Part shown: one piece after another, positions 38,334 to 48,776 of the stretch | Numbering within the stretch: position 1 is the stretch's first letter | Layout: the number at the start of each line of letters is the position of its first letter | DNA from: Bacilli bacterium | GTDB taxonomy: Bacteria; Bacillota_I; Bacilli_A; RFN20; UBA1709 | Direction: 5' to 3' | NCBI GenBank assembly: GCA_045600465.1 | Contig: JAZRXY010000028.1 | Location: 1-53,576 of the forward strand | DNA length: 53,576 bases | Notes under the pieces: model-generated | The model's input: the letters and a program-made list of their open reading frames with translations, nothing else | Told to the model about the DNA's origin: nothing | Database searches by the model: none | Position numbers and translations under genes: made by a program

Positions 38334-40913
38334 ATGTTCAATAAAAGTGTTAATGATGTTATTAGTGAATTAAAAAGTAGTGAAAAAGGTTTAAGCGTAA
38401 ACGAGGCGAAAACTAGACAACAAAAGTTTGGGGCGAATGCATTAGAAGGGAAAAAGGCACAGTCTTTAATTGTTAAATTTTTACTACAATTTGCTGACTT
38501 TCTAGTCATTATTTTATTAATTGCAGCGGCAATTTCTATTATTGTTGATCCAAGTGAGTGGGTTGATAGTTTAGTCATTTTAATTGTTGTTATCTTAAAT
38601 GCAATTCTAGGAGTTATTCAAGAAAACAAAGCCGAGAAATCACTTGAGGCTTTGAAACAATTATCCTCACCTTTATGTAAAGTATATAGGGATGGAAAAC
38701 TAATTCAAATGGATACAAAAGAATTAGTACCAGGAGATGTTATTTCTATTGAAGCAGGAGATTTTATCCCAGCCGATGCAAGACTTATTGAAGCTGTTAA
38801 TCTAAAAATAGATGAATCAGCATTAACTGGGGAATCTGTTCCTGTTGAAAAACATAATAAAGTTATTAATGGGGAAGATATAGCTATTGTAGATAGAAAG
38901 AATGTTATTTTCTCATCAACTTTCTGTACTTATGGTAGAGGAGAAGCAATCGTATTTGAAACAGGAATGAATACTGAGATTGGTAAGATTGCAAAGATGC
39001 TTGGTGAACAAGAAACAAAACTAACACCTTTACAAGAAAAACTTGAACAAATTGGTAAAACAATGGGCATCTTATCTCTTGCTATTTGTGCAGTTGTTTT
39101 TGCAATTCAATGGTTTACTGGAGCAGAAGTGTTAGAAGCATTTAAAACAGCTATTGCATTAGCAGTAGCGGCAATTCCTGAAGGATTAGCAGCTGTTGTT
39201 ACAGTCATTCTTTCAATTGGAGTTGGCAAGATGGTTAAACAAAATGCTATTGTTAAAAAGTTGCCTGCTGTTGAAACATTAGGTTGTACTTCAATTGTCT
39301 GTTCAGATAAAACAGGAACATTAACTCAAAATAAAATGACTGTTGTTGAAGTTTATGAAAACGATAAGTTATATACTGAAAAAGATTTTGGGAAATATTA
39401 TAGTAAATTAATTAGCTTAGCTGCTGCATGTAGTGATGCTAAAGTTGAAGAGATTAATGGAGAAATTAAACGCATTGGTGACCCTACAGAAACAGCTTTA
39501 ATTGATGCTAACAATGATTTTGGAGTTTCAAAAGTTGGTGAATATACTAGAGTTGCTGAAATTCCTTTTGATTCCGATAGAAAATTAATGACAGTTGTTG
39601 TTAAATATAAAGACAAATTATATTCAATTACTAAAGGAGCTCCTGATGTCATTTTTGATAGAGCATATGATGAAAGCGAAGATGCAGTTAAAATGAATAA
39701 GGCAATGGCTGATAGAGCACTTAGAGTTTTAGGAGTATGTGTTAAAGAAATTGATGAAATCCCAAAAAACTTAGATGAACTAGAACACGGATTGCATTTT
39801 ATTGGTTTAATTGGAATGATAGATCCAGCAAGACCAGAGGTTAAAAAGGCAATCGAAGAAGCTAAAAAAGCTGGAATTAGAACAATCATGATTACAGGGG
39901 ACCATGTCTTAACTGCAGCAGCAATTGCTAAATCGTTAGGTATTATTGAAAAAGGAGATATTGCATTAGCTAGTGAAGACTTACATCAAATGAGTGATGA
40001 AGAACTAGCTAGAGATCTTGAACACATTAGAGTTTATGCTCGTGTTGCTCCAAGTGATAAAGTAAGAATTGTTAAAGCATGGCAAGCAAAAAATGCAGTT
40101 GTTGCAATGACAGGCGATGGCGTTAACGATTCTCCTGCATTAAAAGCAGCAGATATAGGATGTGCAATGGGAATTACTGGTACTGATGTTTCTAAAGAGG
40201 CAGCAGCCATGATTTTAACTGATGACAATTTTGCAACAATCATTGGAGCTGTTAAACAAGGTAGAGGAGTGTACGCGAATATTAAAAAGTGTGTCCAATA
40301 CTTGTTATCAGGCAACATCGGAGAAGTAATCACTATCTTTGTTGTCTCACTTATTGAATTAATCTTTGCAGTAGATTATGGAGTACCACTACTTCCAATT
40401 CATTTACTATGGATTAACCTAATTACAGATACTGTTCCAGCATTTGCATTAGGTATGGAAAATGCGGATGATGAATTAATGGAGTCTAAGCCAAGAGATA
40501 AGAAGGAAAGTTTCTTTGCAAATGGTTTAGGAAGAAACATTGTTCTAGAGGGTTTATTTATTGGAGCAATCACAATTGTTTCATATTTAATTGGATTTAA
40601 ATCATCAGCAGTATGTGGACATACAATGGCTTTCACTACACTTGCATTAACAGAATTATTCCATTCATTTAACGTTAAGAGTGAGAGATCATTATTAGGT
40701 AAAAAGACATTCAATAACAAATATTTAATCGGTTCATTCCTTCTAGGCTTATTCTTGCAAATGATTGTTTTATATGTTCCAGGGATCAATGGAATATTTG
40801 AATTAGAAGCACTAAATATTGGACATCTAGCAATTAGCATTGGTTTGGCCTTTAGCGTTGTTATTTTAATGGAAATTGCAAAATTAGTTAGAAGACTTAA
40901 AAAAACAAAATAA
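38334..40913 (+). CDS. P-IIA type Ca2+/Mn2+-transporting ATPase
   Basis: TGES, IPEGL, DKTGTLT, TGDGVND, INLITD. Confidence 0.93.
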   Translation: MFNKSVNDVISELKSSEKGLSVNEAKTRQQKFGANALEGKKAQSLIVKFLLQFADFLVIILLIAAAISIIVDPSEWVDSLVILIVVILNAILGVIQENKAEKSLEALKQLSSPLCKVYRDGKLIQMDTKELVPGDVISIEAGDFIPADARLIEAVNLKIDESALTGESVPVEKHNKVINGEDIAIVDRKNVIFSSTFCTYGRGEAIVFETGMNTEIGKIAKMLGEQETKLTPLQEKLEQIGKTMGILSLAICAVVFAIQWFTGAEVLEAFKTAIALAVAAIPEGLAAVVTVILSIGVGKMVKQNAIVKKLPAVETLGCTSIVCSDKTGTLTQNKMTVVEVYENDKLYTEKDFGKYYSKLISLAAACSDAKVEEINGEIKRIGDPTETALIDANNDFGVSKVGEYTRVAEIPFDSDRKLMTVVVKYKDKLYSITKGAPDVIFDRAYDESEDAVKMNKAMADRALRVLGVCVKEIDEIPKNLDELEHGLHFIGLIGMIDPARPEVKKAIEEAKKAGIRTIMITGDHVLTAAAIAKSLGIIEKGDIALASEDLHQMSDEELARDLEHIRVYARVAPSDKVRIVKAWQAKNAVVAMTGDGVNDSPALKAADIGCAMGITGTDVSKEAAAMILTDDNFATIIGAVKQGRGVYANIKKCVQYLLSGNIGEVITIFVVSLIELIFAVDYGVPLLPIHLLWINLITDTVPAFALGMENADDELMESKPRDKKESFFANGLGRNIVLEGLFIGAITIVSYLIGFKSSAVCGHTMAFTTLALTELFHSFNVKSERSLLGKKTFNNKYLIGSFLLGLFLQMIVLYVPGINGIFELEALNIGHLAISIGLAFSVVILMEIAKLVRRLKKTK

Positions 40914-40961
40914 AGTAACAAAAAACCTGAATCACCCCTCATATGAAACACTAGTTATTTT

Positions 40962-40990
40962 ATTGTAAATTACATTTACAATTGCTATAA
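40962..40990 (+). promoter_or_regulatory. Palindromic operator in the BKACE promoter
   Basis: ATTGTAAAT-tac-ATTTACAAT 40962-40982, adjoining TGcTATAAT. Confidence 0.5.
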
Positions 40991-41049
40991 TGGAAATGTA
41001 AAGATGGTATTGTTACCATACATAAAATTAATTAGGAGGAATATATTTT

Positions 41050-41967
41050 ATGGCAATTAAAAGAATTTTAAGTTGTTCTATTACAGGTTCAATCCATGTG
41101 CCTTCAATGTCTGAGTATCTACCAATTACTCCAGAAGAAATCGCACAAAGCGCTCTAGAAGCTGCAGAAGCAGGAGCTGCTGTTGTTCACATTCACGCAC
41201 GTGATCCAAAGAATGGCATGCCTTCAAGCGACCATGCTCTATTCCAAAAAATTGTTGATCTAATTAGAGCAAAGAACAAAGATGTTATCATTTGTTTAAC
41301 AACAGGTGGTTCATTCAAGATGACAGTTGACGAAAGAATGAGTGTCGTTCCTAAGTTCCACCCAGAACTAGCTTCAATGAACGCTGGTTCAATCAACTGG
41401 GGTCTATTCCCAATTGCATCAAATCCAAAGATGAATTGGAAATTTGATTGGGAAAAACCTTGGCTAGAAACAACAGACCAAGCAATCTTCAAGAACACAT
41501 TTGGAGATATGATGGCTGCACTACCAATGTTCTACAAGAATAATTGTTTACCAGAAATCGAATGCTACGATGTTGGACATATTTACAACGTTAAGTGGTT
41601 AAAAGACAATGGCTATATCCAAGGGAAACCATATCTACAATTCGTTATGGGCGTTAATGGTGCTATTGGTGCTACTGTTGAAGATTTACTACATCTAAAA
41701 CACACAGCAGATAGACTATTAGGTGAAGGAAACTATAACTGGTCAGCATTCGGTGCTGGAAAGAATGAATATCCAATTTGTACAGTTAACCTACTATTAG
41801 GTGGACACTGCCGTGTTGGTATGGAAGATAACCTAAACCTAGCAGCTGGCGTTAAGGCTAAAACAAATGCTGAATTAGTCCAAAAAATGGTCAGAATTAT
41901 GAATGAATTTGGATTTGAACCAGCTACACCAGACGAAGCAAGAGAAATGCTTGGTATTAAGAAATAG
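41050..41967 (+). CDS. Beta-keto acid cleavage enzyme (BKACE/DUF849, Kce family)
   Basis: ITGS, PITPEEIA, HIHAR, TTGG, PELASMN, RVGMEDN. Confidence 0.92.
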   Translation: MAIKRILSCSITGSIHVPSMSEYLPITPEEIAQSALEAAEAGAAVVHIHARDPKNGMPSSDHALFQKIVDLIRAKNKDVIICLTTGGSFKMTVDERMSVVPKFHPELASMNAGSINWGLFPIASNPKMNWKFDWEKPWLETTDQAIFKNTFGDMMAALPMFYKNNCLPEIECYDVGHIYNVKWLKDNGYIQGKPYLQFVMGVNGAIGATVEDLLHLKHTADRLLGEGNYNWSAFGAGKNEYPICTVNLLLGGHCRVGMEDNLNLAAGVKAKTNAELVQKMVRIMNEFGFEPATPDEAREMLGIKK

Positions 41968-41987
41968 TTTAAACAAAATTATTTAAA

Positions 41988-42018
41988 GAAAGAGAAGAAT
42001 TAATTCTTCTCTTTTTTA
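41988..42018 (+). terminator. Intrinsic terminator
   Basis: AAAGAGAAGAAT/ATTCTTCTCTTT followed by T-tract. Confidence 0.7.
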
Positions 42019-42064
42019 TTTTGTTAATGTATAATTATTTTGGTATATTTAGGAGGTAATCAAA

Positions 42065-42316
42065 ATGGTAGATCCAAAATTTGATACACAACTTCTTATT
42101 GAAGGTACAAACCTTGATGAAGATAAAATAAATGATTATATTAAAGCAAATTTCGCAGGAGATTGTTTGCTAGTAGTTGGCGATGACACTTTAATTAAGC
42201 TGCATTTCCACACAAATAAACCTTGGGAAGTCGTTGAATATTGCGCATCCTTAGGAGAAATCTATGATGTTGTTATTGAAAACATGGATAGACAATCTAG
42301 AGGACTAAAAGGTTAA
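42065..42316 (+). CDS. Small stand-alone FakA/DAK2 middle-domain-like protein
   Basis: GDCLLVVGD..IKLHFHTN.P..IENMDRQ. Confidence 0.7.
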   Translation: MVDPKFDTQLLIEGTNLDEDKINDYIKANFAGDCLLVVGDDTLIKLHFHTNKPWEVVEYCASLGEIYDVVIENMDRQSRGLKG

Positions 42317-42350
42317 AGTAAAAGTTATGAATTCTATAACTTTTATTTTT
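42315..42350 (+). terminator. Intrinsic terminator
   Basis: AAAGTAAAAGTTAT/ATAACTTTTATTTT. Confidence 0.55.
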
Positions 42351-42377
42351 ATATATTATGATATATAATAAATAAAG

Positions 42378-43535
42378 GTGGTATATGTGGCCAAGATTGT
42401 TAAACTAAAACAAAACAGAAACATTGAACTTAATTTAGATTTCAATTCATTTAATCGTTTTGTGTTGGGAAACATTAAACTTGGTTACAAAGATTTAAAG
42501 GGCGGATTATATTTAAGTGAAGATATCGACGATATTGATATTGAAAAAGATTACCGATTACAAAAACCTAGTGAATTATTAGTTAGCAAGATTGGTTGGT
42601 GCTTCGATGTTAATGAATTATATCGAGAATATGCATTCGCTCATAAATTACCAATTAAGACTTATTACACTGAATACTATGATGAGGAAGCTCATCTAGA
42701 ATATATCTACGCTTTTGCAATTATCCAACAAAGAGACGGCTTATGGTATCTATGTTCATCTAACACAGAACTAGAATATCAAGAACCGCTAGGACATGAG
42801 CAGGAGAGAGATATTGTATCTCAAGCTTTCTATGCATTTAAACACTATGTCAAAGAAACAGTGTTTACAGCCAAAAGGGAGTGCTTCTACATCAATGAAT
42901 ATAGCGAACCTGATAACTTTGTTTATGAAAACAAGATTTGCTTAGTTGATTGGTGTCATATTGAGCCTTTAAAAAAGGAAGAATACAAAAAAGAAGTATC
43001 AGCGATGGCCATAGTATTCGCGGAAGAACCTAAAAATGAATATAGCGTCTTACTATTAAGGACCAATCATCGTGAGTGGGTTTTCCCAAAGGGTCATATT
43101 GAAGGGAACGAGCAATCAAAAGATGCTGCCATCAGAGAATGTAAAGAAGAATCTGGTGTTGATATCTCAAATGCTAAGTACATTGGCAGGGTTGATCATT
43201 ACACTTATCAATTTGATTCTTACGATTTAGAGATGACTAACGATATGTTCTATGAACTATTTGGAGCAGCGGTTGTCGAGAAGTATGTTGACGTATTTGC
43301 CTTCTTTATCAAAGGCAAACAACCTATCAAATGGCAAGAGGAAGAAAGATTTGTTGGGGGAGAGTGGGTTCCTTGTAAAAGGGCCAGCAGAACAATTTCT
43401 TTTGCAAACACCAAAGAAATGTACAAGAAAGCATATCGAAAATTTAAAAGACAAAAGGGCTTTGATGAAATTAACGACAACATCGACAATTTCTTCACCA
43501 AGGTCATAACCGCCTATCATGGCGAGGAGGAGTAA
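42378..43535 (+). CDS. NUDIX hydrolase with N-terminal transglutaminase-like region
   Basis: Nudix box PKGHIEGNE..AAIRECKEESG; N-terminal LQKPSELL..GWCFD..EL; start may be GTG 42387. Confidence 0.75.
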   Translation: MVYVAKIVKLKQNRNIELNLDFNSFNRFVLGNIKLGYKDLKGGLYLSEDIDDIDIEKDYRLQKPSELLVSKIGWCFDVNELYREYAFAHKLPIKTYYTEYYDEEAHLEYIYAFAIIQQRDGLWYLCSSNTELEYQEPLGHEQERDIVSQAFYAFKHYVKETVFTAKRECFYINEYSEPDNFVYENKICLVDWCHIEPLKKEEYKKEVSAMAIVFAEEPKNEYSVLLLRTNHREWVFPKGHIEGNEQSKDAAIRECKEESGVDISNAKYIGRVDHYTYQFDSYDLEMTNDMFYELFGAAVVEKYVDVFAFFIKGKQPIKWQEEERFVGGEWVPCKRASRTISFANTKEMYKKAYRKFKRQKGFDEINDNIDNFFTKVITAYHGEEE

Positions 43536-43540
43536 AGAAA

Positions 43541-44743
43541 ATGACAGGTCTATTTAAAGCTTATTGCAGAATTTATCAAAAAGTATTCTATGTATGTAGT
43601 TACTTACTTGGATTCAGAGAACCAGAAGTTATTTCAGGCGAGAACTCAATTTTAAAATTACCAGGATTCATTAAAGAAAAAGGTATTAACAGCGTTTTAA
43701 TTGTCACAGATGCTGGTATTCTAGGTTTAGGTCTAGTTGATGGATTAATTGATGGACTTAAAAAAGAAGGAATTAATTACAGTGTTTACAGCAAAGTCGT
43801 TCCAAACCCAACAATCGATAATATCGAGGAAGCTTATGCTCAATATTTAAAGAACAAGCACGAAGCTTTAATTGCATTTGGTGGCGGTTCGCCAATGGAC
43901 TGTGCTAAAGGTGTTGGCGCAAGATCAGTAAATCCTAAGAGATCAATCCCACAAATGAAAGGTTTACTAAAAGTTGGTCACAAGATTCCTACACTATTTG
44001 CTATTCCTACAACAGCAGGTACAGGTAGTGAAACAACAGTCGCAGCAGTTGTTACAAACTCAAAGACTCACGAAAAATACCCACTAAATGACCCTAAGCT
44101 AATTCCAGCTTACGCAATTCTTGACCCAGTAGTTACAGTTAAACTACCAAAGCACATTACTTCAACAACAGGTATGGATGCATTAACTCACGCAGTTGAA
44201 GCTTTCATCGGTTCAAGTAACACAGCTAATACAAAAAGACAAGCTATTGAAGCTACAAAATTAATTTTTGAAAACGTTAAAGTTGCATATGATGAACCAG
44301 AAAACATCCAAGCAAGAAACAACATGCAAATTGCTGCTTACAAAGCAGGTGTTGCTTTCACAAGAGCATACGTTGGTAACGTCCACGCTATCGCACACAC
44401 ACTTGGTGGAATGTATGGAGTTCCTCATGGACTAGCAAATGCAGTTATTTTGCCTTACGTTCTAGATTGGTATGGAGAAACAGCTTACAAGAAACTTGCA
44501 ATCCTTGCTAGAGAAGTTGGTATTGAAGGTAATAGCGACGAAGAATTAGCAAAGAATTTCGTCAAAGCTATTAGAGATTACAACAAGTACATGAACATTC
44601 CTGATAAGATTGAAGGAATTAAAGAAGAAGATCTAGAAACAATGATTACACGTGCTCAAAGTGAAGCAAACCCACTATATCCAGTACCAAGAATCATGTC
44701 TAGAGAAGATATGAAAGATATGTATCACACAATTATGAAATAG
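43541..44743 (+). CDS. Iron-containing alcohol dehydrogenase
   Basis: GGGSPMD, PTTAGTGSE, DALTHAVE, HAIAH, HGLAN. Confidence 0.93.
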   Translation: MTGLFKAYCRIYQKVFYVCSYLLGFREPEVISGENSILKLPGFIKEKGINSVLIVTDAGILGLGLVDGLIDGLKKEGINYSVYSKVVPNPTIDNIEEAYAQYLKNKHEALIAFGGGSPMDCAKGVGARSVNPKRSIPQMKGLLKVGHKIPTLFAIPTTAGTGSETTVAAVVTNSKTHEKYPLNDPKLIPAYAILDPVVTVKLPKHITSTTGMDALTHAVEAFIGSSNTANTKRQAIEATKLIFENVKVAYDEPENIQARNNMQIAAYKAGVAFTRAYVGNVHAIAHTLGGMYGVPHGLANAVILPYVLDWYGETAYKKLAILAREVGIEGNSDEELAKNFVKAIRDYNKYMNIPDKIEGIKEEDLETMITRAQSEANPLYPVPRIMSREDMKDMYHTIMK

Positions 44744-44778
44744 TGTGCTGTCTAACATAAAAAATAAATATTAAAAAC

Positions 44779-44806
44779 ATTACCCTTAGCGAAAGCTAGG
44801 GGTAAT
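44779..44806 (+). terminator. Stem-loop with GAAA tetraloop after the adh gene
   Basis: ATTACCCTTAGC-GAAA-GCTAGGGGTAAT. Confidence 0.7.
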
Positions 44807-44859
44807 ATTGTAAAACAAATAAAGTAGTTAATGATTTCATTATATAAAAGGGTGACATT

Positions 44860-45810
44860 ATGAAAAATTTTAGAAAAGCATTATTAGGAGTCGCAGTTTC
44901 ATCACTGATGTTAGTAGGTTGTGGGGAAACAAATAAGATAGAAACTCCTAATCAAGAAAATGAATTAACCTCAGAGATAACCTTATCGATATTATCAATG
45001 GATTTTTCTTTGGATGATTATAAAAATAATATAAAAAATATCAATGGGGAAGATTATTACGCAATTAGTTTGAATGAATATGCAAAAGAAAATATTCCTA
45101 ATAAGGACATTTATATCAATGCGATGGATTATTTAGGAAATATGCATGGTTTTGAGGTTTCAAGTGCAGAAGAAGTGTATGTTTTATTTGGTAAGACATC
45201 TAATGAAAATCCACCAAGCTATCCATCTATTTATGCAAATAATGAAATGGTTGATTTTGTATATCGACTTTACGTGGAAAATAACCCATTCAAGAACACT
45301 GTTAAAGGGGAAATCAGTATTGCAAGTTATGGTGTAATGGAATTTGAACTATATCCTAATGTTGCTCCAACAAGTGTTGCTAACTTTACTAAGCTTGCAA
45401 AAGATGGTTTCTATGATGGAATGATTATTCATAGAATCGCAGATTTGGGTGGAGCAGGAAGTGATTATATTATTCAAGGTGGAGGTTTTGAATCTGGAGC
45501 ATATCAATATAATAAGGATACAAAACCTGCTAATACTATTATTGGAGAATTTCTAGCTAATGGTTTCTATAATGCACTAAATCACTCTAGAGGAGTTATT
45601 GCAATGGCAAGAGCTAATGCTAAAAACTCGGCATCAAGTCAATTCTATTTTGTAGTTGATGGCTGTAGCTATTTAGATAATAACTATGCAACATTTGGCA
45701 AAGTTACTTCTAACTTAGAAGTGCTTGATAAATTGGCTAGTGTTGAAGTTGATGATAATTACAATTGGCCAACGAATGAAATTCAAATCGAATACATAAA
45801 GATTAAATAA
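44860..45810 (+). CDS. Cyclophilin-type PPIase, lipoprotein
   Basis: Lipobox LVGC; APTSVANF, FYDG..HR, IQGG, AMAR, SQFY, YATFG. Confidence 0.9.
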   Translation: MKNFRKALLGVAVSSLMLVGCGETNKIETPNQENELTSEITLSILSMDFSLDDYKNNIKNINGEDYYAISLNEYAKENIPNKDIYINAMDYLGNMHGFEVSSAEEVYVLFGKTSNENPPSYPSIYANNEMVDFVYRLYVENNPFKNTVKGEISIASYGVMEFELYPNVAPTSVANFTKLAKDGFYDGMIIHRIADLGGAGSDYIIQGGGFESGAYQYNKDTKPANTIIGEFLANGFYNALNHSRGVIAMARANAKNSASSQFYFVVDGCSYLDNNYATFGKVTSNLEVLDKLASVEVDDNYNWPTNEIQIEYIKIK

Positions 45811-45812
45811 AA

Positions 45813-45848
45813 AAATAAAACTGTTATCGTTTGATAATAGTTTTATTT
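45813..45848. terminator. Bidirectional terminator between convergent genes
   Basis: AAATAAAACTGTTATC-gttt-GATAATAGTTTTATTT. Confidence 0.7.
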
Positions 45849-46684
45849 TACCATTCTTTTGGCAATGAGAATTTCAATAATTTATGAGTGATGGGATGTC
45901 TAAATCCAACATAATAGCTTTGTAAATGTAAGTAGTTAGAACTATTCTTATCACCATAGATTACATCACCAAGTATTGGATATCCTAAATATGAGAATTG
46001 AACTCTTAATTGGTGAGTTTTACCAGTGACTAAGGTAGCTTCGATATCGCTACATTCTTTAATGTATTTAATTAATTTATATTCAGTGATGGCTTCCACG
46101 CCATTATCATCAACATAGTATTTAGTGGATCTAAAAGAATCATCTTTTTTAATTTTATAAGAAAGTGTTCCTTCTTTTTCCTCTAGTTTTCCTTGGACTA
46201 GAAGTCTGTATTTCTTTTCTATTTTTACTTTAGACATCAAAGCGTGAATGTATTGATGTTTTGCAATAATAATTAATCCAGAAGTGTCTTTATCTAATCT
46301 GTTAACATAGTGAACGGTAGAGGAAAGTTTTTGTTTAATAAAGTAATCGATTATCATACCTGATAAATGATAATTGTAGTGAGCAATAGTACCAATAACA
46401 GCAAGATTATGAGGTTTATTTAAAATAAGAAGATAATCATCTTCATAAACAATATTTAAATCCCCACTAATTCTATTAATCTTAGTTTCTTCATTAGGAA
46501 GAATAATTGTTAATAATCCTTCTAGTTTTAAATTAGAATCATAGGAAATATTTTTGTCACCAAAAAATAAAGAGTTTGGTGTTCTTTTTATTTTATTTAT
46601 TAAAGAATCAGAGAACATTTGTTCTCTTAAATTTTCATACAAAGTTTTATCTTTGTTTAAATTTATGTCGACTAGTAAATTCAC
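45848..46684 (-). CDS. RluA-family pseudouridine synthase
   Basis: NKPHNL, NRLDKDTSG, TGKTHQLR, PILGD..Y. Confidence 0.92.
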   Translation of the reverse strand: MNLLVDINLNKDKTLYENLREQMFSDSLINKIKRTPNSLFFGDKNISYDSNLKLEGLLTIILPNEETKINRISGDLNIVYEDDYLLILNKPHNLAVIGTIAHYNYHLSGMIIDYFIKQKLSSTVHYVNRLDKDTSGLIIIAKHQYIHALMSKVKIEKKYRLLVQGKLEEKEGTLSYKIKKDDSFRSTKYYVDDNGVEAITEYKLIKYIKECSDIEATLVTGKTHQLRVQFSYLGYPILGDVIYGDKNSSNYLHLQSYYVGFRHPITHKLLKFSLPKEW

Positions 46685-46793
46685 TTTTGTTCCTCATTTA
46701 ATATACTAAGTATATTATACATTAGGGGTAAATCGCTTTCAAGTTTCTAACTATTCTTGCTAACACAGGCAAGTGTTGTTAAAATAGTCATAT

Positions 46794-48686
46794 ATGAAAA
46801 AAGATGGAATATTTAAAAAAATCTGTGATTTACTTTTAAGCGAAGATAGCAAAATAGTTAATATATTTCGTATTGTTATTTCTATTGTTTTTCTAGTTAT
46901 CGCTAAAGTATTTGAAGAGATTAGTTTATTAAGTTATATCTTGTATGCACTAGCATATATCTTTTCTGGTACCACTATTTTAGTTAATACTATTAATAAT
47001 ATTAAAAAGAAAATAATTTTTGATGAAAACTTGTTGATGTTAATTGCAACTATCGGGGCAATAGTACTTGGCGAATATAGTGAAGCATGCATGGTTATGG
47101 TTTTTTATCAAATCGGTGAATTCTTACAAGATTTAGCAATAGATAAGTCAGAAACTTCAATAGAAAAGTTGATGGATTTAAGACCTGATACGGTTAATTT
47201 AGTTGTAAACGGTGAAATTATCAAAGCAAACCCAAACGACGTAAAAAAAGGCGATATAATTGAAATAAGGCCGGGCGAGAGGGTAGGACTTGATTGTGAG
47301 GCCATAAGTGGAACTACAATACTTGATACTTCAAGTTTGAGTGGAGAATCTAGGCCAATAGCAATTAACATTGGAAGTAAACTACTTTCTGGTAGTGTTA
47401 ATGTAACAGGACTTATTAGAGCTAAAGTAATAAATGATTATGCAAGTTCAACTGCTACTAAAATTCTAGATTTAATAAAAGAGTCTAGTGAGAATAAATC
47501 AATTCAAGAAAAATTTATTACAAGATTTGCTAAATTCTACACACCAATTGTTTGTGGAATTGCTATTTTAATTGCCTTCGTACCTTTACTATTTAAACAA
47601 AGTTTAAGTGTTTGGGGATATAGAGCTCTTATCTTTTTGGTAATATCTTGCCCTTGTGCAATTGTAATATCTGTGCCTTTAACATATTTTAGTGCATTAG
47701 GTAGTGCTTCCAAAAACCATGTTTTAGTTAAAGGAGATATCTATTTAGAACTTGCTAATAAAGTAGATACAATTATTGTTGATAAAACTGGAACATTAAC
47801 TAAGGCTAACTTTACAGTAACTAGAATTAATCCTACAAAAATTAAAGAAGATAAATTGGCATATTATGCTACCAATGCAGAATATTATTCAAATCATCCA
47901 ATTGCTAAAGCTATTAGTGCTAAATATCAAGATTTAATTAATAAGGATAGCATTAAAGAATTTAAAGAAATTCCTGGTAAAGGAATTAGTGCTAAAATTG
48001 ATGGGAAAGATGTAATAATAGGTAAGGCTAAATTATTAATTGATGCTGGTATAATTTTCAAAGAAGAAAAAATTGCTAGCAGTGTTATCTATGTGGCAGT
48101 TGATAAAAAATATGCTGGTTATTTAGTTATTGAAGATGAAATAAAAAAGACAAGTTATGAAGCAATTGAATCTTTCCATAAGTTAGGATTATGGGTAGTA
48201 ATGTTAACAGGAGATAATAAAACTATTGCGCAAGAAGTAGCTAGAAAACTTCATATTGATGAATATCATGCAGGTCTATTACCTAATGAAAAATTAGAAA
48301 TAATGACAAACATTCAAAAGAATCATAAAGCTATCTTTATTGGCGATGGCATTAATGATGCCTTAGCAATTATGAAAGCAGATATTGGGATTTCAATGGG
48401 AGGCATTGGTCAAGATGCTGCAATTGAAGCAAGTAAAGTAGTCATTATGGATGATGATATTAATAGAGTTAATACCTTTATTAAGATTGCTAAGCATTGT
48501 GATCTAATTGTTAAAGAAAATATCATTGGAGCATTGTTAATTAAATTAGCAGTAATGGTATTAAGTGCTATTGGAATTTCAAATATGTACATTGCAGTCC
48601 TTTCTGATGTTGGAGTAGCACTACTTGCAATATTAAATGCAGTTAGATTACTTTTATTAAGACAACCCAATAAAAAAAGAATTTAA
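46794..48686 (+). CDS. P-IB heavy-metal ATPase (ZntA/CadA-like)
   Basis: SGES, SCPCA, DKTGTLT, HP, GDGIND. Confidence 0.92.
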   Translation: MKKDGIFKKICDLLLSEDSKIVNIFRIVISIVFLVIAKVFEEISLLSYILYALAYIFSGTTILVNTINNIKKKIIFDENLLMLIATIGAIVLGEYSEACMVMVFYQIGEFLQDLAIDKSETSIEKLMDLRPDTVNLVVNGEIIKANPNDVKKGDIIEIRPGERVGLDCEAISGTTILDTSSLSGESRPIAINIGSKLLSGSVNVTGLIRAKVINDYASSTATKILDLIKESSENKSIQEKFITRFAKFYTPIVCGIAILIAFVPLLFKQSLSVWGYRALIFLVISCPCAIVISVPLTYFSALGSASKNHVLVKGDIYLELANKVDTIIVDKTGTLTKANFTVTRINPTKIKEDKLAYYATNAEYYSNHPIAKAISAKYQDLINKDSIKEFKEIPGKGISAKIDGKDVIIGKAKLLIDAGIIFKEEKIASSVIYVAVDKKYAGYLVIEDEIKKTSYEAIESFHKLGLWVVMLTGDNKTIAQEVARKLHIDEYHAGLLPNEKLEIMTNIQKNHKAIFIGDGINDALAIMKADIGISMGGIGQDAAIEASKVVIMDDDINRVNTFIKIAKHCDLIVKENIIGALLIKLAVMVLSAIGISNMYIAVLSDVGVALLAILNAVRLLLLRQPNKKRI

Positions 48687-48776
48687 ATAATTATATTTAG
48701 TAATTATAAATAATTGATGATTATTTATAAGGGAAATGATATTATAATAATTGAGTAATGAAGTGAGGAACAAATT

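Noticed and set aside
39398-40951. Long antisense ORFs within the P-type ATPase (and similar short shadow ORFs throughout)
   Set aside because: Mirror-frame artefacts of strongly supported sense genes; no motifs
40963-40981. Rex box
   Set aside because: TTGTAAA-N5-TTTACAA has one extra spacer base relative to TTGTGAA-N4-TTCACAA; kept only as an unassigned operator
43250-43520. Three overlapping alternative ORFs in the NUDIX 3' end
   Set aside because: Locally higher GC reduces stop frequency; no RBS or motifs
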